Shown here one piece after another: positions 52,743 to 64,000 of a stretch of DNA of 64,000 nt (within the stretch, counting starts at the first letter, position 1; the number at the start of each line of letters is the position of its first letter). The DNA is from Tubulanus polymorphus. Its lineage: Eukaryota > Animalia > Nemertea. The position numbers were made by a program, and so were the translations under genes. Location: assembly GCF_964204645.1 (NCBI RefSeq), contig NC_134026.1, positions 1,449,950 through 1,513,949 on the forward strand, in the 5' to 3' direction. The notes below the pieces were generated by a model that saw nothing but the letters and a program-made list of their open reading frames with translations, was not told where the DNA came from and did not search any database.

Positions 52743-55700
52743 CATGATATAGAGCTTTTTACAACAGGCGATTTCTAGATCAAAATCGAATAATTCGACA
52801 GATATTCACGCATGAAATGGTGATATATTCTCTGAATTCAGTTATAAATGGTCGCGTGTATATAAAAACGCTTATCACTGTATCATTGGATGATGGGGTC
52901 ACTATCACACTGGACCCCATCAGCGCAGAATCTTAATGTCCATCATTAGTGTCATGGAAGTTTTTTGTATCGATAATCAAGTCAAATCAAATTTGTCGGT
53001 CATCACAGCTCCACTCGTCGGCGCACAGATTGGGGTACTCTAATGTTTACCGTACGCCATATGAATAAATATTAGGGAAATGTTTCTGCCTTCCAGACAT
53101 TATATACTGATAGACATATTTTCTTCTAGTTAGAGACGTTATCTTCATTTCTGTTACCCCGGAATCGGCGGACACAACAAAGGAATGATGATTAATAAAT
53201 CGGTCTATAAACGATAAAAAATAATCACCAAGATCCAGTATTTCTTGAACAATTCCTCGGAAACATTTCTGGACATAGACTAATCCGTGTTGAAGGAACA
53301 TCCATATTTGATAAAGTATAAACACTCTGCTTAGCAGTAATCTAAGCTAGATGAAGCTTAGATCGATAGAAACGAAGCAGAATTCTGTGACTACGTATAA
53401 TATATGATAGCAAACAGGATTGTCATTGTATTATCACCGAGCGCCCTGTTCATCTGGATCCAGTTCCACAGTCGTGAGTTAGAGTTAACGTGGAGTTAAA
53501 ATTAGTTCATTTTCAGTATACAATGAGTTACTCTGAGTCAGATGATAAGTGACAACTGAGGAACTGGGTCCTGTTGAATTTTATATATTTTTGATGCCGA
53601 TTTTGCCGATAATACCATGGGAATTGATGTGCACCGCATCATCAATATTTGCGCTTCATTATAACAATGAATTACAATATTGTGGATTTCGGGGTCGATT
53701 CTGTACTTGATTTTTTCATGACTCTTATTTCCTATTCAATAAATTTTCATGGTTTTTTAATAATGAGTTTCGAGTGGATGCGAAATCCTTGTCATCAAAT
53801 TGGGCTAGCCTGTTTAGACTGGTTGCCAGTCAATTCAATTCAATTGTCAATATATTGAAGTTCGAAATAGCTTCATTCATCCTTGAAATTATTATCATAT
53901 CATTCATTGTCGATGGTATCAAGCAATTTGTGTCTTCTTGTTAACTATAGATTGTCAGAAGCGATGAAGTTAGAAACGTATCAATACCTAACCGACGTCT
54001 TCCACCAAAAAGCGAATTGGGAAAAAGCGATGGAGAAACTGAATGAAATGAATTATACAGATCTGCAGATAAAACTGGCTCATCGAAAAGAACATATGAT
54101 ATTGGGGTAATTATTTACACTCATTCCTATCGGCTTATTTTGAGCATCATTTTTCGGTCACTCGTCGAGTCGTTAATGAATATACGTAAAACTGTTTATT
54201 GAACTCTTGATTGAAAAACTTTCGTGAAAAATCGTCAGTGGAGTGGAATGCTTTTTATCCCACGTGAGAATAAAACATGTGTCTGTGATCGAGTGAAGAC
54301 ACTGAGTCTATGGCTGATCTTTTATTCATCTCGTTGATTATCTATCCGCAGTTGTACGTGGAAATCGAGTCAGTGTAGTTCGGCTAATTTTACCCCGATT
54401 CTCACAGATTACGGCGTGTGTTATACTTTTAACACGAATAAAGACAACATTTTGACAGTAGAAAATACAGGTACGTCGAGACGAAAACCTAACTCAGCTT
54501 AATCCATTCCATTCATTAAACACGTTCTTGATAAGTAATTCAAGAAAGTTGTTTTCTCAATTCGCAGTACGACCTTGTGAAAGGATATATACTCTAACAC
54601 AGGCCGAGCGGTGTGCCTCATTTACAGCTTTTTTAGGAAATCAGTAATAGATATATACCCTGTAATCGGACAAACCAATACAAAAAAAACGATAGCCTGT
54701 TATCAATTTGTTAGTTCGGAATAATGATATCATTTTTTTTCCTAATGTAATCCGTAGGCCCACACATATTAATCAGAGAATATCGTTTTGGTATTTTTAG
54801 TTGGCATCATCACTTAACGATAACCTAAACGTAATGCTGCCCTAATTACCCTTCATTTTATGTATATTTGAACTGGTTTTTCACGATAAATGTCAAATTA
54901 TGCGCGTATAAATCATCTGCATCATATAATATAGGAGTAGTTATTTTTACACATCATCTGAAGTTCATTAAACTACTGAAATTTGAATTTAGGTGCGGCT
55001 TTCGGATTGGAATTATTGTTGAATATGGAACGTTATGAATACATGACCGGCGCCCACGTTTCGACGGGCATTCGGATACTGATGCATAACCATAACGAAA
55101 AACCTCGAATGGCGGACCTCGGCATATCAATTCCAGCTTCGATGAATGCTATGGTAGCGATGGAATTGACTGAGGTAAAATGTATATACTGCTCTTTGTC
55201 GGATCCGATTGCAGCACGACCGTTTTTAACGAAAGTGGTATTTGAGCCGGCAACGAATGACATGCAAAGTTGCACTTCATTCTATTGATTATAGAAGCTG
55301 TCGTTTCCATTGAACGCTTCATTTTTCAAGTCAATTCCGCGTGCTGTGATAAAACATGAAATGATAACATATGCTCGTTGATATTACCACTTTCCGGCCT
55401 AGGAAAAATATTTGAAAAATATGACATGTTTATTCATATTACAAGGTTGTGTTTCGGTTGATACAGAGGTTATTGTCTCCAAAACGCTTACGAAACCGTA
55501 TACCAAATCTTGGTTAAAACTGCCCGACAATGATCACAAATGACTCCCTATAAAATCCTGGGGCCAGTTGTTCAAGTTGGCGAGAGAGGTAACCGGTGTA
55601 TTAATACATGGTAAAAATGAAACAAGATTGAATGAAGCACATATGGCCTACAACATAAAAATATTTTTATTCGTTATTAATATATTAATTATATTATTGT

Positions 55701-58700
55701 TACAGAAAGAAAAAAAGACAAAAAGTCAAAAAGCAAAAATTTATTTATATAGATAGATTGACCTTATCCACATTGACATGAGGATAAGTTATCTAAAGAT
55801 AATTTTATCAATTATCATCATTACTTATCATCGTAATTCATCATTACCATTATCGTGAAAGGATATAATAGGTTAGGTTATAATAGGTTATGATATTTTT
55901 ATAATCAGTTACATTTCCACAGATAAAGTGTTCGTGTTATCATTAATTTCATCAGTTGTGATGCCCGGACAGTTTGACCGTACATGCATTCATGATTTAA
56001 AAAGAGGAACTCATCAAAAGCATTTCTTACCATTAAAGTTTGATCCTGAATAAAGATTCATCGATTCAGCAAAGAACGTTAGGTTAACAGATGGAATTAA
56101 TGGGTTTCACAAACTACTGATCCACTTCCATTTAATGTAAAAAAACTGCATTTGCGTTGAAGTCTATTTACACTCTGACAAACTGATCGTAAAAAAGTGA
56201 CATTCCTCGATCTCTTGGAGCTGTATATGAATTAGATTTTAAAAGATTAGAATGAGTTCTGTGTGGGATGTTTAGAACTGTCCTCTTGAGGTCTTGAATA
56301 TTATCTATACATAATACGCGGATAAAGGGATTTGAATTCGAAATCGACAGAATGAGCTTTAAAAAGAGATGAAGTCAATAATACAGTTTCCAATGGAAGC
56401 TTTAAGCAATTGTGTCCTACGATATTTTTTGAAGGTGAATGAAAGTACTACAACTAGCCGAGTCATCTAAGTTTTTCCAGTTCGTCAGATCCTTTCGTTA
56501 TTATCACCGTAAAATGGTACCGTATACGTCACAGTAGGGTCCTTCTAAGACCTACCGTAACAGCAACTGCAGCAGAAAGAAGCGATTATGATCTCCAGGA
56601 TGAAGGTTACGAAGTGCAGGACGGACACTACGACTGGAAGAGCGTAGGCTGCTCCTACACCTACTGTCCATATTACGATATTAGCAGCTGCCGACGCTGT
56701 ACACGACGCAGCGAAAGACCAGACGCAGCCAATAATAGCCAGAACCATGCAGGCGATTCTCAAACCATCACTCTTCTTTTTTCCGCACATAACTGCTAAA
56801 ACGCCTGAAACAATTGGAATGATCGCGCCCCAGATACCTGCATGGAAGAAATTCCATTGAAGAGCGGCGATGCTTGCGATATTTAGTACTAGAGCGAGTA
56901 CTTCGAGTACAAGCACTGCTATGCCCAACCCAAGAATGGCACCAGCGCGAAGTTTTCCTTCTTGTCTCACATAAGCGGGTTGTTGGACTATTACCACGTG
57001 AGGTTGTGGCTGTCCATAGTTAGCCGGTGGTGGCTGTCCATAGTTAGCCGGTGGTAGCTGTCCATAGTTAGCCGGTGGTGGCTGTCCATATCCCCCTTTT
57101 ACGTCTGCCATGTCACGCGTAAACCTATTCAAAAATATATCATCGAAGGATTAACGCCAGTTCTTGAGGTGCAAATAAAAATATCACTATTGCAAAGAAT
57201 TTGCCTTTCTGCGCAGGGGCGCGGTGGCATTTTTCGAGTACAAAAGGTACAGATTTACAAATTAGAAGGTTGAAATCTTAGTATTGGTGGCTGACTTAAT
57301 CAATTTGAGATTGTGTGGCCCGAATCAGCCCCCGTGTATAATTCATTTACCTTACTAACGTTGTATGATATTCGCTGTTCGTTGGATAACCGTCAAACAC
57401 TTCTGACGATCTCGGTTGTATATGAGAACACTTTTAGATCGAAAGGATTTATACTCTAAGGAAGATAAAGCATATTTCTGGTACTTTACAATGAATGTTT
57501 TGATTCTACTGTCCTACTGACATCTTAACTCCGAATAGAACTGGTTTAGCACTATGGTTACCAAATGGTTTCCAAAAACGTTGCGTATTGTGTAGATATT
57601 CTCCGGTTAAATTGTAGAACACTATTGCCTGGCTCAGTGCATATATAACCTTATCGATCAACGACATTTCATGACACCAGTTTTAATCGAAAGAGTTTGG
57701 TTCATTCTCCTATAGGAATATGTTCTTTCTCAGGGCGGATCGCACTTAAAAATGATTTCAATATTTTTCCGCGCACGATATCGGTTTAACTCCGATAAAT
57801 GGGATAGTTTCAGGAATGTCGTGAGCGCCGTTTGGCCATTATATACACCTGACCGAATCAGACATCAATTTCAAAAAGTGGTAACATTGCATCTGTGCAC
57901 TATTTCAACGGGATTTCCGCCGGTTAACCTTAGTCCATTATATTTGAGCAACTGGTCACTGATTGTTAATCTTCTTCAAATAATGAATATTTCCTTATCC
58001 CATCGCGTTTATCCCAGTTCTCCAAATCTGTCTCTTTTTTAACTGATGATTGTTTGAAATTTTCAGTTAAACGATTTAGCCGCGCCTCACGGAAACTGTA
58101 CGAAGTCAGACTTCCGGTCACGTGAGGCGTGTATTGTCGACTGTCGAGTTGATAATCTGGCGCATATTTGTCACTGTCGACCGATGTATGCCACTTACAA
58201 AGCGCATATTCCCCTCTGCAACGCAACATCTCATCACATTTGTGTCAAAAACGTTTTAGGTAAGTGATAAGTGGAAAGTGAAAATCAAATAGTGCAGGAA
58301 TATCCTCTCACAGATAACACCTGAGGCATTTGGCGATAACCGTTCGATAAAACTATCTCTCCCTCTCTCTCTCTCTTTTGCAGGGAGCCACGAAGGTTAT
58401 GAGGCGTGTAATGATAAATGTAAAGTGCCCTGTAAACAGTTGATGTATTCGGCTTCGCTTTCGTATACGACCACGTCTGATTTTATGGCCCGAGCTATGG
58501 CCAAAAAGTACGCCAGCGATTTCGATCTTCTGAACAGATCTCGCATCGCGACGCTTAATCTTCACCACGTCGACGATACGTTTCTGGAAGAAGACAACGC
58601 CGTGATGTCAGCCTTCTTGAATAAATATCATAATTTCTATAAGCAATTGGTGTGGCTCTACGAATCCGCCCATAAAAATGTCTCGCATATCAAAGCCATG

Positions 58701-61700
58701 CGAGACGCGTTTGAGGGAGCTGAATTGTGTCTACAGGAAAAAAAGGTATTATCGGTGCAGTTGTTTGATATATATCATGCATTCATTACATTGAACAGAC
58801 AGGTTACGTCTGGAACTAACAGACGTTCCGGATAAGATCAAATATTTATTTCCAGTACGTGATTGAACTGTTTTCGTTGTCGCTTTTTAGAGTCTTTACG
58901 AAGAGACTTTGAAGTTGCACTTGGTTCCAGGATTGGTCGAGTTAACGGTGGAGCGGCTGCGATACGAAATATCCGACTTACAGAACAGACGGTTGCCGCG
59001 ATTCAGCGACCTCGTGCAACAGAACGCAACTCACAACAACATATCTACATTCGTACAGCAACAGTTCGAAGAAGAACTGTGGTGGCTGGACCATAAAATG
59101 AGAATCATATTATCAGAATTGGAACTGACTGAAAGTACGTATTCGAACGCTTTAAACACGATTAAGTCCGAGTATGAGAATGCCGACTCCGCTCTACCGA
59201 TGTCGATTCTGCGGCCGTACGAGGACAGGTTATTGAACTCATATTCGACATTCGTCAACGATTCAAGTCGAACTATAACTGACGTAGAACATTTCCTTGA
59301 TTACATCGCGCGATTCAGGCGTTCTCCGAACGGAGTAAATCTGATCAAATTATACAACGAAACAGCAACATTGAACAGAGTTTTAACCGAATTCACCGAG
59401 GCCACGGAAGGCCTGGAATCGATCTCTAACGTAATAAAAGAATGTTTTCGCCATGAAATTTCCAGCATTCGGTCGACCGAACAAAACATAATCGGTTCGG
59501 CACAATTCCACGCGAGATTGCTGCATATCTACGCTAGCGAGTTCGTCGAATCGCAGCCTCACTTGTTGGAGTTCGGCGATTTCATCGACCGCATAAAAAA
59601 TCTAACCGGTGGATTTCAGATACAATACCTCGAGGATAAGTTACAAAACTCCGATCTGTGGAACCACACAATATCTCACACTAAGAACATGATGGTCACG
59701 TTAGATAAAATGAAAGCCGAAGCGAAATCGACGATTCTACACTCCGAAGAAGTATTGCTCAGTTTGGAAACGTCTGCCTCCGAGTTCAACGGTTCGAACG
59801 GTTGCGGCCAGTTTTCGACGATCATCGAGTTGTTGAGAACTTACAAGGACAGAATAAATAACCAACCGAATTATATCGATTCGGTTCAAAAAGACTATGA
59901 ACAAATGCTAACAAGGCATACGAATCTAGACACCCATTTACAACAGTTGAAAGATTCGTACGCCATTAGTTATAAGTTCATAAAGTAAGTATAATGTATC
60001 CTTGAAGAACTACAAACTGTTTAACTTTCCATCCAACGCCTCATAAATTTTCATTTTCCTAATGAATAATGGGAGAAAAACCATCGACCAAGAATTCTGT
60101 TGGCAACAAGGATTTACCCTCTGGGCCACAACGTGTCTGCACGGAAAGGAGAACTGCTATCATAATTTCTTAAATGCATTTTCTCTTCCCATAGTTCTTT
60201 CGAGTACAATATCTTACCAGATAAAGAATAGAAAAATTAATTACTCCCACGAGAGATTTCCTCAATGCAACGTTATTCAAATATCTATCAAATATTTATA
60301 GTTATTCAAATATTTTACAACAAATGATGAAAAAAAAAGAAAATATTCTTAATCTACATTTTCAGGAGGAATGTTCTCACTGTTCGTGTTTTCTATCAGA
60401 AGCTCAATTTTCAGCGAATCACAAAAGCCGAAGGGTATCAATGGTTTTCTTTGATATGTAAGTCATAAATTTGGGCTTATTGTTTGTTTTTCTATTTCGC
60501 CTTTACCTGACGCGTTATAGGATCATAATTCGACGCTACTCGCTCGATTAACTCAGTAGCTAATAGTTATATTCAAACTCCTACCGGGACATGTCATTAA
60601 TAGCATCGGAAATAGTTTCAGTTCGATGATAAACTACCATTTAGGGAGTTGAATAGTCCTACGTAGAGGTATTTACGGTCGTTGACATTTGGTCATAAAG
60701 ATATATAGCTTAGTATATATAGTTATATTCGAAGAGCGGAAAGTGCTACGACTGTTGGGTTATCATCGCATCCCAGTGGTGGTATTAAAGACAGGAATAA
60801 TCCTGCGATAATATATGTATTAAGTCATGCCCAGCGCTTCGTCGACGGAGAGATGATAATTTCGTCGTGCGGGGTCGATGAAATTTGAATATAGCGTCAA
60901 ATATTCATAAAACAAAAATTCTTCGTTCGCGTTTGGATTTTCATGAAAATGAAAGCTTTCGGTATACTGTCGTGCCCCAGGGGATCATACAGTTACCGAC
61001 TTAATTGCCTTTTCCACTAGCATTTCTCCTAATAAAAAACCGCACTTAACCAGCCGTGTATGGAATACGTTACGAATTCTGGAAGTTGTTCTAACGTATA
61101 AAACAAATCAATTGATAATCATTTCCCATTGCCATTTGCTCGTCTGTAAATTGTTTACCGGTTTCATTGCAACACGTCTTATTTTGGTTCACGCCTTTCA
61201 ATGTATATGATATATGCAATGAACGGTGTGAACCAAATTATCAAAAGAAATAATATACAGTAGACTTCGCTCAAGAAAGGATCTATTGGGACCATCAAAA
61301 TGTTCCGGGTTCAATGTATTTGATATGTAGTATCACAAAAGATTTTTCAAAAGACATCCATGTTGAACGGTTCTGACTGACGTAATGAGAGGTGAACGGA
61401 TTTCTATTATCTATACATGTATATGGCGAGTTGATCAGACTTGAGGGGCATTTTCAATCGTGTGGCATTTTCACTCGTGGGGCATTTTCACTCGTGGGGC
61501 ATTAACACTCGTGGGGCATTAACACTCGTGGGGCATTAAAACTCGTGGGGCATTAAAACTCGTGGGGCATTAACACTCGTGGGGCATTTTCACTCGTGGG
61601 GCATTTTCACTCGTGGGGCATTAACACTCGTGTGTTAACGAACATCTGTACTTCATTCTCTGGGATATCGGTATCATTTGACTTATCCACAGATTTGGTT

Positions 61701-61986
61701 CGTCCAAACACTGGTTAGAAAAATATCTATCCCAATACGATTTTCAGTATTTTTTTCTGTATTCTTTTCAGGTGATATAGGTGGTTCGTTCGGTCTGTAT
61801 CTCGGTGCATCTTTGCTCACGTTAGCGGAACTGTTATATTTCATCGGAAAACATATAAAACCGGGCAATTCTTCACAGGAAAAAGTGAAATCGTTCAGCA
61901 TGAAACAACAACGAGCGAAAATGAACGGTAGCGACAAACAAAATGTGATCACTCACAGCGATAAGATTGCCTGGGCGTCTGACTAG
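49651..61986 (+). CDS. DEG/ENaC (ASIC-like) channel subunit, ~930-950 aa, with a very large extracellular insert
   Basis: 10 phase-consistent exons: 49651-49868, 52084-52251, 53951-54106, 54352-54470, 54993-55174, 58067-58259, 58384-58745 (or -58802), 58891-59984, 60366-60457, 61772-61986. Motifs: TNFHG, IWLLLF (TM1), FPAVTICNSNNFR, TDYGVCYTFN, GLELLLN, Cys-rich thumb, and CDIGGSFGLYLGASLLTLAE (TM2 with the GAS filter). Confidence 0.93.
52717..52742. repeat. (TA)n microsatellite
   Basis: Direct reading. Confidence 0.9.
53456..53571. mobile_element. Short palindromic MITE-like element
   Basis: GGATCCAGTTCCACAGTCGTGA ... TGACAACTGAGGAACTGGGTCC form imperfect ~22-bp terminal inverted repeats. 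The core ATTAGTTCATTTTC recurs at ~12303, ~28639 and ~62313. Confidence 0.6.
56545..57111 (-). CDS. MS4A/CD20-like four-TM protein nested antisense in DEG/ENaC intron 5
   Basis: 188 aa from ATG 57111, with an AG acceptor just upstream and a donor at ~57350 implying a 5' UTR exon. Motifs: GIWGAIIPIVSGVLAV..GKKKSDGLRIACMVLAII and C-terminal ASFCCSCC. The N-terminus is Pro/Gln/Tyr-rich. Confidence 0.82.
   Translation of the reverse strand: MADVKGGYGQPPPANYGQLPPANYGQPPPANYGQPQPHVVIVQQPAYVRQEGKLRAGAILGLGIAVLVLEVLALVLNIASIAALQWNFFHAGIWGAIIPIVSGVLAVMCGKKKSDGLRIACMVLAIIGCVWSFAASCTASAAANIVIWTVGVGAAYALPVVVSVLHFVTFILEIIIASFCCSCCYGRS
57006..57091 (-). repeat. 24-bp coding tandem repeat, (YGQPPPAN) x ~3.5
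   Basis: TGTCCATAGTTAGCCGGTGGTGGC is repeated on the + strand, in frame within the nested 4-TM gene. Confidence 0.9.
61443..61638. repeat. 17-bp minisatellite, 11 copies
   Basis: Unit GTGGGGCATT(TTC/AAC/AAA)ACTC is arranged head-to-tail without spacers. The array ends in the hairpin TTAACAC-TCGT-GTGTTAA. Confidence 0.95.
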
Positions 61987-62971
61987 TCGAATATCAATGA
62001 TTCCGGCCGATTTAAACAGACTAAAATGAAATTCTGAAATTCGACCTCGTAAACGCGTGTATAGTTGTTTCATGATGTTAGATAGTTATTTGTATTCGTG
62101 TGTGAGTGTGTAAAGCAATCGGTACTGGAAAATCATTCGCTGAAAAATTCAAATTGCATCTGCGTCACTCTGGACGAGGCGACATTCTCTTTCATGTAAT
62201 GATTTCCGTTGGATAAGTGGAATCGTCGGATAGTTAAACATAACCGTATCGTAGAAATTGCATGATCATGACCTATCTTCAACTGTGAGTTTAATCAGAC
62301 TACTGAATCGAAATTAGTTCATTTTCGAGTTGATTTTAACACTCAACTTAATGATGACTCCTTATGTTTCAGTTCGTCTCATATTCAGAGCACTTTGATA
62401 TAAAATAAAACGGCGCAGTTGTCGATATCGCTATTAGAGTAAAAATAAATGTACATACAAATATAAAGCGTTTCTGTTCTATCTAGGTTCGTATCGTAGT
62501 TTGACTATGAGCTTACACTCCGGAAGTACCCATTCGGCCATTCTAAACGACAGGTCCCGTCAGGTAACAGGTTGCTTCGACTGCGTGGTTTGGACGCTGT
62601 AAAACAGTTCCTAGATAAATATGGTTGACGACGTTGGTTTTTTTAACGTATTAGAGAAACCGCAGCAAGAAATGATAGATTACAACATGTCCTGGTGGAA
62701 ATTTGACCTGATCGGAAAGATGACCCGCTTAAGACCAAACTGATAAGTCTAATTCAGACAAAACGTTACGTTATTTTAGGTAGGTTTTAACATTTATCAA
62801 AGTTATGTTGTCTTTAACTGGCTAGATAACAGAGCATTTCCATCGATCGATAAAAAAGAACACGGTAAGCAAGCGAAGATAAGCGATAAGACATCGGTCA
62901 CGTGACTATGCTTATCACTAGCTCGCTCGAAGAACAAGGCGTCTTCACACGGATGAAGAGTCGGTTTAAAA

Positions 62972-63645
62972 ATGCCTTCCCCGAGTTCCTTGCGTGGAAA
63001 GTTGTTGTACATCGTGACTGATGTTGTTTGCTTCGTCATCGGTAAGTGTGGTTTGTGTCTATCTTGACCAGAGAAATAGATACCGTGAACAGAAGGCCGT
63101 GTTCACAGGGATGACTCTTCAAATAATTCATTCAGAAATGGACGGGAAAACATTTATGGCATATCATCTACAAACTTCACGAGAAAAAAAAGTGAAAGTG
63201 TATATTCGATTTTGTATCATCGTAGCAACATCGAAGACGATATAGCAATTCGTGTATTCTTGAAAATAACTGACATGGTACTTTCTCTATTTGAAGATAC
63301 CGACGCGTAATCTAGCCCGCTATATATCTCACCGGGGTTTATACATATAAGTTCGGATATATTTCAAATACATATGAAGTTTTTAATCTAGATGATATAA
63401 GACTCTTATCTCGGCGGCCAATATTCGATATCTTTCATACGACGACGTTACATGAATATGAAAAATATCTATCATTGTATATTGCTTTTTCAGCGGCGTT
63501 ACCGAATATTTTGATGAAAGAGTACATGCCACCTTATCATCGTGGGTTTTACTGCGATGACGAATCGTTGAAACACCCTTACAAAGGATCGACAGTTCCT
63601 TGGACCCTGTGTATTTGCGTTGGGGTTCTCTTACCCGCTGTAGTG
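62972..63645 (+). CDS. Phospholipid phosphatase (PAP2/PLPP/wunen family), first two coding exons; continues beyond the window
   Basis: Exon 62972-63041 (MPSPSSLRGKLLYIVTDVVCFVI) joins in phase to 63494-63645 (ALPNILMKEYMPPYHRGFYCDDESLKHPYKGSTVPW). PYHRGFYCDDES...PYK is the family's N-terminal signature. Confidence 0.88.
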
Positions 63646-64000
63646 GTAAGCTCAAGCTGATTTGTCGTCGAATTTCTGTTCATTGAGCTTAACAGAGCAT
63701 ATTCTAAGAGGTGAAAATACCTTATTGCCTACAAAAGAAATAGGTGGAAAATGTTTCAACTTTTCAAATTGATTCGTTATCTGTTAAGTTTATGGGTGAT
63801 AAAAACCTACTAGGGCGCCACCTGCTCGAAACGTTGTCGTTAAAACGCTTTTATTAACTGAAATATTATATTCAGTTTATTATATAGTCCTGTTGTCTAA
63901 TGCTGGCTATGCTCCAATTTTCTATGTTTGCCATTAAGCGATAAAAACTTGAATATTATACGGTATTATAATGACTATACATTTTCACGTTTATACGACG

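Noticed and set aside
50873-53325. Several 70-95 aa ORFs inside DEG/ENaC introns 1-2, suggesting further nested genes
   Set aside because: No motifs and no consistent exon chain; lengths are compatible with chance.
61443-61638. CRISPR-like array
   Set aside because: Units are contiguous with no unique spacers, there are no cas genes, and the context is a eukaryotic intron. It is a minisatellite.

Overview
Eukaryotic, AT-rich, intron-rich invertebrate genomic DNA. The gene repertoire suggests a lophotrochozoan (inference). Most short six-frame ORFs are noise; the real genes were reconstructed by reading GT-AG exons. In order: 5' part of a two-pore (K2P) potassium channel (-); intronless FMRFamide-receptor-like GPCR (-); SPPL3 (+); astacin with three ShK domains (-); neprilysin/M13 peptidase (-); MAPK15/ERK7-8 (-); MS4A/CD20-like 4-TM gene (+); a DEG/ENaC channel (+) hosting a second MS4A-like gene antisense in an intron; and the start of a PAP2/PLPP lipid phosphatase (+). 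Non-coding features include two piggyBac-type MITE copies, a second small palindromic MITE family, a tRNA-derived SINE head and a 17-bp minisatellite. Three things stand out: a ~460-aa helical, glycosylated insert replacing the knuckle of the DEG/ENaC channel; two MS4A-like genes linked to that channel; and a ~620-nt densely stem-forming unannotated element upstream of SPPL3.
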